From NCBI RefSeq assembly GCF_000315625.1, contig NW_005434614.1:269219-333218 (forward strand): a DNA stretch of 64,000 nucleotides, given 5' to 3'. Every line of letters begins with the position of its first letter. Positions within the stretch are counted from its first letter, which is position 1. The notes below the pieces were generated by a model. The model was not told the DNA's origin. It saw nothing but the letters and a program-made list of their open reading frames with translations, and did no database searches. Shown here piece after piece: positions 42,501 through 53,292 of this stretch. Both the position numbers and the translations under genes were made by a program. This DNA comes from Guillardia theta CCMP2712. Its lineage: Eukaryota; Protista; Cryptophyta.

Positions 42501-45500
42501 TGGAGCAGCGCGTGCAGGTTTGCCGTGCTGGGCAAGCGAACCGACCGGCTCCGCCTGCAGGTCCTGCACCTCGGGTCAGCTGGATCCGAGCTGGTAGGGA
42601 TGGTGACGATCGAGGCTCGAGAGTGGAGGGAGGAAGGAGGGGGGAAGGAGAAGCAGGAGGAGGCAGAGACAGCACCTGAAGTTCTCACGTTCCACGATGG
42701 TCTGAAGAGGAACGAGCGGGTCGTTTGCAAGGCATATCCCCTCCGGAGCATCACAGGCGAGAGGATTGAGGATGGGAGCGGAAAGGAGAGCATCCTCTAC
42801 GTGGGGCTGAGGTGGACGGAGGAGGTGAGCAAGCAGCTGGTCCCTTGCGAGGGGACGCTGCAGGAGCTGGTTAAGGGGGAAGGGAAGGAGGCGATGGCGT
42901 GGAGGATGAGGTTCTACCAGCTCGATCCCTTCACGCAGGTCCTGTGGAGGAGGGACGGAGAGCAGAGCGAGCAGCTCAAGATCCGAAATGCTGAGATCAA
43001 GAGCGGCGGCAGGAGGGACGACAAGCTTCTCTTCGAGATCTGCACGCGGGTGAGCCCGATCTCCTTCCTCTCTGCTCCTCCCTCTCTCCCCCTTCCTCTC
43101 TCCTCCTTCCCTGCTCTTCTCCAGCTGAACCTGGCCCCGCCTCTAGAGCTCGTCCGTCAAGCTCGGGGCCGAGACGGAGGAGGACAGAACTCGGTGGGTT
43201 GAGAGTCTGCGAGCGAGCTCGGGGCTGCCGTACAGGAGCCGCGGGCTGAGGAACTTCATGCTCGCCCTTGCTCTCCTCGTCCTTCTCCTCGCCGGGGGCG
43301 GCGTCGGGATCGGGATCGTCGCATGGAAGAACGCGCATCGGCCTCAGGTCCCTTCCTACATGCGATGGGAGAGCTGTAAAGGCGGCGACTGCGAGGCCTG
43401 CGCTTGTTTCCAGCGCTGCTTGTTCGGCAGCACCCTCGGCCTTCAGGCGTCTCTTGGTACCGCTCCCCACAACTGCTCCTCCTCCTGCTCCTGCTCGCTG
43501 CGAGCGCCGTACAGCGGGTGCGGCAACGGAGTGCTGCAGGCAAGGAGCACGGTGAGGTGGTTCGGGGAGGACGTCTTCTTCACGGAGGAGTGCGATGACG
43601 GGAACGTGGTGAGCGGAGACGGATGCAGCAGCAGCTGCAAGATCGAGAGCTTCATGAAGACGGAGGCGTACGGGTTGCGGGTGGCAGGAGCATCGGCAGC
43701 AGCCAAGTCTCTGTGCGGCCGCAACAACCACACGCTGAGTGTGTGCGAGGAAGCGTGCTTGAGGTCCAGCAGCTGCGGGTGCATGTGGTTCGGAGACGGC
43801 TACTGCCACCTCTACGCTGCCTGCAATACATCCCGCATCCCCGCACTCTCTGACATCGAGGGAACTTGGGTGGGTTGATGTTGACTTCCTCCTCCTCTTC
43901 GTTCTCTTCCTCCTCCTCCTGCTCTCTCCCACTGCCTTCTCTACACTCTCTCAACGTGCTTCTTCCCTCCTCCTCTCTCGTACGCTGCCCTGACGTCTTC
44001 GCAATCACCAGGACGAGGTCGAGTTTCAGTGTGGCCTCAACAACTTCGTGGTGGACCAGCAGCGCGTGGAGATCAGGAGCGAGGTCGCGCTGTTCGGCTA
44101 CAGCTCCCTCTCCTCCGACCAGCTCCAGACTTTCAAGCAGAGTTTCAGTCAGTACTGCTCAGCTCCTTGTAGGATCACCGTCCTCTCAGTCACTGCCGGC
44201 GCCACCACTGTCGTGCGCCGGGAGCAGCAGGCGCGTCAGGCGACCTCGGACAAGCTCGTTGTCGTGGCCTTCAAGTTCACGGCCTCTGCCTCCTCCTCCT
44301 CCTCTCTGGTGACCTCTCTGACCTCCTACCTCAACCTCGGAGACAGTGGCTTGCTTGGCTCCCTCAAGCAGCTCGGCCTCTCGAGCCTCACCGGCGTCAC
44401 GGTCAGACCAGCTGGACTCCCCCAGCTCTTTCCCAGCCCGGCGCCTCCCAACTCGACGGGGACTCTCTACAAGAAGGAGCCGTATCACTGCACCACCCAC
44501 AACCTGGTGGGCAACTGTTGGGCTTTTCCACCTCCCCTGAGCTGCTGGAGCAGGTGGGGGAGAATCAATATGACAACACGAGCCTCTGCTGCGGCAACCG
44601 ATCTGAGGTGAGGCCCTGTTCCCTTCACTGCCTCCCTCCTGCTCTTGCCCTCCCTGCCCCCTAGAACCACTTCCTCTTTTTTCCTTCCGATCCTCCATTT
44701 CCCTCCTGCACCCATCCATTCCCTCAAGCTTCCTCAATTGTACCTCCTCCTCCTCCTCTCCTCCTCCTTCTCCTCCTCTTCTTGTCCTCCTCTCCTCCTC
44801 GTCCTCTTCCTGTCCTCCTCTCTTCCTCTCTCCCTCCTCCTCTTCCTGTCCTCCTCTCCTCCTCCTCCTTCCCTCCCCCTCCTTGATTCTCCTCAGGTTT
44901 GTCAGCCCGTTGGTCGATGCTACGTCTCCCTCGAAAGAAACTTTGAGTGCGTTCCCAACGCCCTTCCCTATCAGCCAACAGTAAGTAGCTCCGCTCCCTC
45001 TTCTCCTTCCCTCCTCCTTCCATCCCTTGCACTCGCTCCTCCCCCCTCTCTCCCCTCCCTCCCTTCCTCCCCCTTTCCTTTATTCCCCCCCCTCTCCTGG
45101 TGTTGATCTCCTCCTCTCAGGAGTTGTCCCTGGTGCCGTGGGATCAGCGCGTCAAAGTCTACTGGAAGGCTCCGGCTGACACAGGAGGCTTACCGATCCT
45201 CGAGTACAAGATTGACAAGGCAAGACACCCTCGGCCCCATCCCTCCTCCCCTCTCCCCTCCCCTCCTCTCCTCTCCTCTCCCCTCCCCTCCCCTCCTCTC
45301 CTCTCCTCTCCTCTCCTCTCCTCTCCTCTCCATCCTTCTTTCGCTCCTTCACTTCCTGACCTCCCGCTCCTCCTCACTCCTGCGCAGGCTCCTTTCATCG
45401 AGGGCAACTCGCAGTGGGATGGTCAGCCTTTCTTCTCTCCCGGCGCCTCCACCTCAGTCTGCGTCACTCGGCTGACCAACTTCATCCCCTGGTACTTCAG

Positions 45501-48500
45501 AGTCTCAGCGAGGAACAAGCTCGGCTACGGCTCCTTCTCCTCCCTCACCCGAGACAGCATGCCTTGGGTCGCTGCCTCCGATCCTCCCACCTCCCTCATC
45601 GCTCATGCCGGCAACCGCCAAGTCTGGCTCTCCTGGACGGCTCCTGCCTTCGATGGCGGGCGACCCATCGCGAGCTACGCGGTGGAGATCGCGCACGACC
45701 TGGACTCTTCGCTCCTCTGCGGGGACCCTCACGGCTGCTCCAGCACTTCCGTGCCCTGGGGCAGGAAAGATCCTCGTCCTGTCGCTGCTTCTTTCACATG
45801 GCAGCAGGTCCCCTCGGAGGGTCTTGCCTATGGTTCGGTCCCCCCCGACAGAACTTACCCCATCTCCTCCTCCTCTCCGCAGCAGGACTCCCTCCTGGTC
45901 AAGACGCGAGCGGAGGACGTGCCGAACTGCCATCTCCCTCCTCCTCCTGTCGTCCTGACGACCTTCCTAGTCAAGACTGATGCTCAGGGGAACCCACTGA
46001 TGAACAACTACAAGTATCACTTCCGGATTAGAGCATACAACAACTTCCAGCTATCTCTTCCCAGCACCAACCTCTCCCTCTTCCCCGTCGGCCGCGTCCC
46101 CTACCAGGTCCAGGGCTTCAACGCCTCCTGCTACGAGTCGCGGGAGTGGACCAGCTGCACCGTCGGGTACTCAGGGGACACGCGCATCCCCATCACCTGG
46201 AACCCTCCCGCCGACGACGGAGGGATGGACGTGACAGGCTACCACGTCGAGTACTCGCTCGATGCAGGCGCGACATGGACGGAGCACGTGGCGCAGTCGA
46301 AGCAGGATGCAAGGACGACCTCGTACATGCTACCCTGCATGCTGAACGACAAACCCTACCTCCTCCGCGTCAGAGCCATCAACCTGTATGGGGAAGGAGA
46401 CCCGTCGGTCATCGGGCCCGTCACTCCCCGCTGGTGTCCCCACATGCAGGCCTGCGGGGTGTGTCTCGAGCCCAACTACGAGCTTTGGGGAGGCTGCTCG
46501 CTCCCTGCCTGCTCGTCAGCGAGGTCTGGATTGAACACCCGCTTCATCAACTGCACTGGAGGAGGATGCAGGTAAGAGACCACAGGGAGAGGAGGGAGAG
46601 GCAGGCGGAGGGGGACGGGAAGGCAGGGAGGGAGAGGGAGGAGGCGGGAGGTCCAGCAGCTGACTGGCATGTTCTACTCAGGGTGGAGGTGCTCCATGCA
46701 GGCGTGTGGGGAGGCGTGTCTGGTTTCTTCACCAACAGCAGCGGGGACGTTGCCTGTCACTCCCTCGGGCTCAGGCCGAGGCCTCAAGTTTGTGGGGGCC
46801 CCACCTGTGGGTCTGTCCAGCTCAGCTCCAGCTTCACTCACAAGAAGATCTGGCTGACGAACCTGTCCTGCTCTGGCTCCGAGGCCTCCCTCCTCGATTG
46901 CCCTTCCAACGTCACCATGGGCAACGTCACCGTCAGCGAGGTCGGAGATGAAAAGTTCGCGCTCTCCACGCAGGAGGGAAGCAGCTTCGAGGTATGCTGC
47001 TGGGACACCTCCGAGCTCTTCTCTACCATCAGCGTCCTTGACAGGCAGGGGGAGGAGCAGCAGCCAGACTTCTGCTGCCAAGTCGTGGGCTCCGACTGCC
47101 TCCCCGCAGGACGATGCTACTTCTCGAGCGAGCAGGGAGGGGCGTGCGTGTATGCTCGAGGGCCCTATCCTCCTCCCCTCGTGCAGGCGCTGCCCTGTGA
47201 CAACGTCAATCTCTTGTGCGACGAGAAGGCGAACGTGGCCTGGGTGGCCCCTGAGGACACGGGAGGCTCTCCGATCACGGACTACATCATCTACGCCGCC
47301 TCTCCCCTCCCCAATGGCACCTACGAGGTTAAGGTAGCCCGCACAGGCTCCCTCAGCACCAACTACACGGTCGTGCCCGGCCTCGTCAACTTCGTCCCCT
47401 GGTTCTTCAAGGTCAGCGCCATCAGCAGGCTGGGCTACTTCGCTGGTTACGGACGGCAGAAGGTCCCGGTCCTCTCCGCTCCCTCCCCTGCCTTCGTCCC
47501 CTTCGTCCAGGAGCCTCTCCAGCCCGTCAACGGCAGAGCTCAGGCCGGGAACCGGCAGGTCTGGCTGGCCTGGGACCCTCCCTTGTGGAACGGGGGGCGA
47601 GCGATCTCAGGGTACACGCTGGAGATCCTAACGGCTGACGGGACATGGACAGACAAGATCCCCGGGCTCACTAACGGTGCTCCTCCTGACGGTCAGTATC
47701 CCATCGCGGCACAGACGAGGTCGGTGGCCGCTCTCAGCTCTACCCAACGACGCCTCCTCCTCTCTCAGACTTCAAACCTGGACCCTCTCTCCTCCACCTT
47801 CCACGTCACCAAAGATGCCTCGGGGGCTGAGCTCGCCAACGCTGCGAGCTACTCCTTCCGCCTGCTCGCGTACAGCACGTTCAACTCTTCCCTCCCCAGC
47901 GCCGTCATCATCGTCGACCCTGTTGGCACCGTCGCCTCCTCCCCTCTCAACTTCACTGCTGGTGCTGTAACTGGGTGGCAAGTTGGTAGGGGATCTGACT
48001 GCTTCTTCAGATTGTTACGAGGACGCGGGCAGGGGAGCTGCGAGCACGTGCACTACAGGGAGAGCGGAGGACACGAGGGTCACCATGCGGTGGTCGGAGT
48101 CCTCATACAACGGAGACATCAGCATTCTGAGTGAGAGATGGGAGGCAAGACATGTCTTGACGACACTCACTCTCTCTGCTTCAAGATTACACGCTCGAGT
48201 ACTCCACAGACGGAGGGACGACATGGACAGGAGCAGTGCAGTTAGCTGTCACGAGGTATGTACAGGCTTCTCCATCGTCTTGTCTTATCGTCTCGTCGCC
48301 TCGCAGCTCCGGGAGCTACACGTATGTCTACGAGGGCCTTACAAACGACCAGGCGTACATGTTCCGAGTCAGAGCTGTCAACTTCTACGGCTTCAGCGCC
48401 CCAGCTGTGATCGGTCCGGTGAGGATGGGGCGAGAGCTCGCGGGTCAAGCTTGACGTCCTCGTCCAGCTGACCCCCAAGTACTGCCCCAACCTGGTGGAG

Positions 48501-49150
48501 TGCGGGGTGTGTGTGCTGGCAGCGTACAGCGTGTGGTATGGATCTGTTGCTGCATGGCTTGCGTGACGTACGGCAGGGGAGGCTGCACCATGCCTTCCTG
48601 CATCCTGCAGGACACGGAAGTGAGCGACACGCGCATGGTGTCATGCGCTGAAGGCCACGGCTGCTTGTCTTGCTCAGCTGGCCGGCAGCTGGAGTCGCTG
48701 ACAGGGTCGCAGGCTTGAGATTCTTCACGACTCTAAGTGGGGCACCATCACCGGCGCCACCTCGCAAGGGACTGGCCTCGTAGCCTGCAATGCCCTGGGC
48801 TTGAGGGGGCGACCCAGCACTTGCTACGCTCCAGATGGAGTATGCGGGGCCATCACCACCCCCGCCACGTTCCCACCTGACGATGGCGTCATCGTGGTGG
48901 TACGGGGACCAGCTGGACTTGCTCTTCGTGACTCACTTGCGTCTAGTGGCTTGGGTCCGTCAGCTGCGTGGGGACCGAGGCGAAGGTACATGACTGCAGT
49001 GCTCGCACGTTGCCTGGGTATGAGCTGGTCGCGTCTACTCGCCGCATGTGACCGTCTTGTGGCAGGGGGTCGAAATGGACGGATGCTTTCTACAAGCTTC
49101 ACTCAGACCAGCAAGACAAGGGGATCTGCTGTTGGCCTCCTCTACCTTAG
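39590..49150 (+). CDS. Giant type II membrane protein: N-terminal C2 and PH domains, TM helix, DUF4215 Cys-rich repeat, SEA-like module, ~6 FN3 and 2 SRCR domains
   Basis: Phase-0 intron 43050-43146 joins PH strands (EGTLQEL..WRMRFYQL..FEICTR) to helix AETEEDRTRWVESL, which runs in frame into TM LALALLVLLLAGGGVGIGIVAW. Then CGNGVLQ..EECDDGNVVSGDGCSSSC, FN3 motifs (WKAPADTGGLPILEY, YFRVSARN) and SRCR motifs (RVEVLHAGVWG..VACHSLG..IWLTNLSCSGSEASLLDC; EILHDSKWG..VACNALG..WLGSVSCVGTE..HDC..DKGICC). Stop TAG at 49148-49150. Continuity across 40200-41870 is plausible but was not fully traced. Confidence 0.78.
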
Positions 49151-49322
49151 AACCAAGACAAGGGGATCTGCTGTTGGCCTCCTCTACCTTAGAACCAAGA
49201 CAAGGGGATCTGCTGTTGGCCTCCTCTACCTTAGAACCAAGACCAGGGGATCTGCTGTTGGCCTCCCCTACCTTGGAACCAAGACCAGGGGATCTGCTGT
49301 TGGCCTCCTCTACCTTAGAACC
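49113..49322 (+). repeat. 42-bp tandem repeat x5 that overlaps the upstream gene's last codons and stop
   Basis: AAGACAAGGGGATCTGCTGTTGGCCTCCTCTACCTTAGAACC starts at 49113, 49155, 49197, 49239 and 49281. Confidence 0.96.
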
Positions 49323-49569
49323 TCCCCGTCAGCCTTCCTGCCTGCAGCTCGAACAAGGAGGAAACATCCTGGGAGGATAGGTTTTGGGATTGAACGAGCA
49401 AATGACAGCATCAGACAACCTCATTGACTTCTTTTATTCATCATCATCAACTAGCATGTCTATAACATGTCTGTCATCCCTCAATGATTCATTCGCCAAT
49501 CACTGCCGCCCGACAACATCCCCCTTACTGGCGTTGGGCTTAAGCGACGATCCCATATGAGAGTTTCTC

Positions 49570-50543
49570 TCATGAAGACCACCATGTCTGGTTTGTTTCC
49601 ACTCCCCGTGCTGATGATCGTGCGTAACAGACCCCGACCCTCCGCCCTCTTGCTCGCCTCCGGCTGACCCTCAGGAAATGCTTCTGTGCGTGCGACCGTA
49701 CTTGCGCTGGCGTCCGCGTCCCCAGCGCCTCTGCGATCTGCTTAGCCACGCCCGGCCCAAGCCCTACATGCACCAGCCCGTCTACCCGCACGGGCCTGTT
49801 CTCTTGCACGCCGTGCTGCTCGAGGAGCTCCAGGAAGACCTCGTGCTCCCGCACACTCCAGAAGCCTCCTGAGCCTGTCGGCCTGCGTTGGCTCTCCTGC
49901 CCATCTGTGTCCGAGCTCGGGTCGGTGAGGTCGTGGGGAGAGGGCGGCTGCTCGTCGGCAAGGGCATGTGCGGCGTCGGGGCAGGAGCTCGGACAAGCGT
50001 GGAGGCCGAGGAGCTCGGACAAGCGTGGAGGCCGAGGAGCTCGGACAAGCGTGGAGGCCGAGGAGCTCGTGGAGGCCGAGGAGCTCGGACAAGCGTGGAG
50101 GCCGAAGAGCTCGGACAAGCGTGGAGGCCGAGGAGCTCGGACAAGCGTGGAGGCCGAGGAGCTCGTGGAGGCCGAGGAGCTCGCAGCAAGGCAGTCCTGC
50201 TTGACGTCGTTACACAGAGGTCCTCAATTGAACGAGGCAGGCTCGGTTTAATCTGAGGCAGGCTCTTGCAAATGGTGACCGTCATGGCGCGCGTCGTGCT
50301 GATCTTGGCGGCGCTCGTTCGTCCCTCCCCAGCCCTCCCTCAGCTGGCAGTGAGCTTTGCGCCCCCACCTGGACTCTCGTTCCTTCTCTCTCCGTCCTCT
50401 CTGTGCCGAGCACGGAGGTGTCAGCCGTCACAGCTGCACTCGTTCCGCACCAGGTTGCGAGCAGGTCAGCGCAAAGTCGTCCAGTAGAGGTCTTGATGAG
50501 AAGAGGAGGGTGGAGTTGGCTCCTCTGATAGTCTTTGATTTCT

Positions 50544-50579
<36 letters not shown>

Positions 50580-50695
50580 CGGTGATGACACAGAGCTAAG
50601 AGATTCTGATGACGACATCTCCGCATGTACGCATTAGCTGATGGCACTGTGGGATGGGTTGACTTGATGGTTGGTAGATGGTGGAAACGCGACAT
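49570..50695 (-). CDS. SHAQKYF-class single-repeat Myb transcription factor
   Basis: WSVREHEVFLELLEQHG...GLGPGVAKQIAEALGTRTPAQVRSHAQKHF. Upstream exons are inferred through short introns to a candidate ATG at 50695. Confidence 0.85.
49985..50183. repeat. Higher-order minisatellite (26,26,26,18 bp) x2
   Basis: L=GAGCTCGGACAAGCGTGGAGGCCGAG and S=GAGCTCGTGGAGGCCGAG, in the order LLLS LLLS. Confidence 0.95.
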
Positions 50696-52035
50696 CTTCA
50701 GGAAGAACGGTTGTCGTCTTCTCCTACGTCTCTCACTGATCACACTTGTCTGCTCTTAGGGGGTCCTGGGCAAAGTTGGCCTGGAGAAGGTAAAGTATGA
50801 GAGAAGTAGAGGGTGAATAACTCGTTGCGACCCAAGAGCGAGGGCCTGCCGCTGCCGCTGGTCTCATCCCGTCCCAGGTTGCCAGCGAGCAGACGCCCTG
50901 CCGCATGCGATCATTTGTGACTTGTCGTGTTAGGGACGGGAGGGACTCCATCCTCGAGCAGGAGAGAGGGATACTCGGGATCTTCGGGTTGTCAGCTGCA
51001 ACAGTTGGTTTCCGATGCAAATGACGTCTGAGCGCAGAGAGGAGAGCGTGCTGAAGCAAGGGCTGGTGGGAGTAGCGTTGCTCTTCATCCTCTACCTCGT
51101 CATGTGAGCCGACGATCTGCGTCTTGTTGCCCTCCGCTGGTGTAGAAGTGAATGTTTGGCAGAGGACGAATGTATATCTCGTCTCCGATGAATCGTTATC
51201 AAGTGGTTGAAAGTGAAACTCCTGCTCCTTCTCTCCTCCTGCTCCTGACCATGTCCAGGATACGAGGATGCGTACATCTGCTACGGAATCCCTTCCCCCG
51301 ACGATCCCACGGGGTCAGTGACTGCAGCGAAAGCCTCGTGACTCTTACTCGCAGGTGCCGGGACAGGAGGGATGTTGGACCAGTGAGAGTGATGGAGAGG
51401 AGGTGAGGGAGCGAGCAAGACTAGGATGTAGGTGAGAGGAGCATGTAGAGGCTGCTTCAGTCCAATGCTCTCTCTCTTTCGCTCTTGCACGTAATGATTT
51501 GTGATGTAAAAGTAGCAAGACGTTGCCCATCTGCAGTGAGGTAGGAAACATGAAGCACAAATCACACGCGAGTCTTCTTTGACCATCTTCCCTCATCCCT
51601 CATCTACATCTCCTATCAAGCTTCTTCTTCTCTCGCTTCTTTCTCCTCTCTCTCTCGCTTCCGCTTGTCTTGTTGGTTTTTATTCATCCTAGTAGTCCCG
51701 CCCCCTCCTCCCCTCCCCCCTCGCTCCTCCTCCTCCGCGCCCCCCCCGCTTCCCCTGCTCGCTCCCTCTCGCTGCTGCTACTGGGCTCCTGTAACCCCGT
51801 CGATCAGCAAGTTCACCTGCTCCTCCTACCGTTGCCTTGTGTTGCTGCTGCTGCTGCTGCTGCTGCTGCAGAGTGTCGCTCCTGGCCCTGGTCGTGTCCT
51901 GGTCCACTTGCCACCCTCGGATCTCTCCTCTCATCGAACTGCCTCGCCTGATCTCAACGTGTGACATCTTGTCCATCTGCGCTCTTTTCTCTCCTTCTCT
52001 CGTTCGACAACTGCCCCTCCTCCCTGCTCTCCTGC

Positions 52036-52821
52036 ATGGAGTCCGAATTTCGACTTCCTGGGGAGGCAGATGGGAGGAGGGAGGTGGAGGATGCTGAGGA
52101 GAGCTGGACACGAGGAGACGATCTTGTGTCGAATGATGAAGAGATTAGAGACGAGGTAGCGAAGGAGGACGAGGAAGAGAAGGACGTCCTGCTGGTGAAG
52201 GGAACGTCTCGGTCCAAGGAACCAAGAAGCAACTCTGCGACAAGAAACTTGTTCAATGTCATAGGGAAACGAAGGAGGTGTTGGGCTCTTGTTGTTGTTG
52301 TTGTTGTTGTCGTCGTCGTCGTCGTCGTCGTTGCTGTCACGTACAACAACGTGATACGTGTCAAGAGCTGTGACACCGGTCGCTTCCTCGCATGCTCGAG
52401 CTCGTGGGAACTGACCATGTCGACTGCAGGATACTTCTGGGGTTATGCGATCAACGCAACCTCGTTCCTCAAGCGATGCGTCGCCTGTCCTGACGGCATG
52501 TGAGCATCCGCTACATCCTTCGCCTCTCTCCTCTCTCCTCTCTCCTCTCTCCTCTCTCCTCTCTCCTCTCTCCTCCCTTTTCCCTCCTCTCCCGACATCA
52601 TTGCAGGACCTCCAAGTCGCTCTCGGTCGGACTAGAGAGCTGCTTCTGTGCCTCTGGCTTCTTCAACAACTCTCCCGCGTCTCCGACCTGCCTCGCGTGC
52701 GATCACGGACTCTGGGCTCCTGCCACAGCCAACGAGGGGAGGAGGAGCTGCCAGCCGTACAGCAGCTTCTGGAGGCTGGGGAAGATCGGAACCTCATGCA
52801 ACGCGACCTGCCGGCAAGCTT

Positions 52822-52889
<68 letters not shown>

Positions 52890-53249
52890 CCCTGCTCCTT
52901 CCCTTGCTGTCGTTTTACTCTCACAAGAGTGCGCAGAGAGTCGGGGATGCTCTTCGACGACAACGGGCTGCGGCTATGGGAGGCGCCGCTGGGAGGTCGT
53001 CTGACCTTGCAACTGTTGGCCTACCAGCTGGGGATCTCCTGCACAGATCTGCTGCTGACCTCAGGGTATGACTTGCCGTCTCATGCCTGACTGACAGCCG
53101 CCGGTCTCAGGAGCGCAGGGCCGTACGCGTGCTCGCACGCTGACTGCAAGGGGCTGCAGGGGAAGTGTTTCTTTCCTCGCCCTCCCCTTCAAGGAGACGA
53201 GCTGTGGATCACCCCCAACATCACACGGCGAGTGTGCTCTTGCTACTAG
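52036..53249 (+). CDS. Type II membrane protein with a poly-Val TM and a Cys-rich (GCC2_GCC3/EGF-like) ectodomain
   Basis: MESEFR...KRRRCWAL(V)14AV, then CVACPDGM|TSKSLSVGLESCFCASGFF..CLACDHG. Spliced end ...TRRVCSCY*. Confidence 0.7.
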
Positions 53250-53292
53250 TGCACACCTTCCTTTACGCCAAGGCAACACAACACTCCTGCTC

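Noticed and set aside
43258-43878. Independent secreted protein starting at ATG 43258
   Set aside because: The frame is open upstream to the acceptor at 43146 and encodes the missing PH C-terminal helix, so the hydrophobic stretch is better read as an internal TM.
49113-49322. CRISPR-like arrays (also 7148-7230, 32054-32138 and 49985-50183)
   Set aside because: The units are head-to-tail with no unique spacers, there are no cas genes, and the context is eukaryotic.
49782-50285. Myb gene currently frameshifted by its minisatellite, starting at ATG 50285
   Set aside because: The array totals 192 bp and is frame-neutral. A phase-1 intron just upstream explains the frame without a frameshift.
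50740-51440. Possible small plus-strand multi-exon gene
   Set aside because: Splice-like signals are present, but I could not build a consistent frame or recognise a motif, so it is not listed as a feature.
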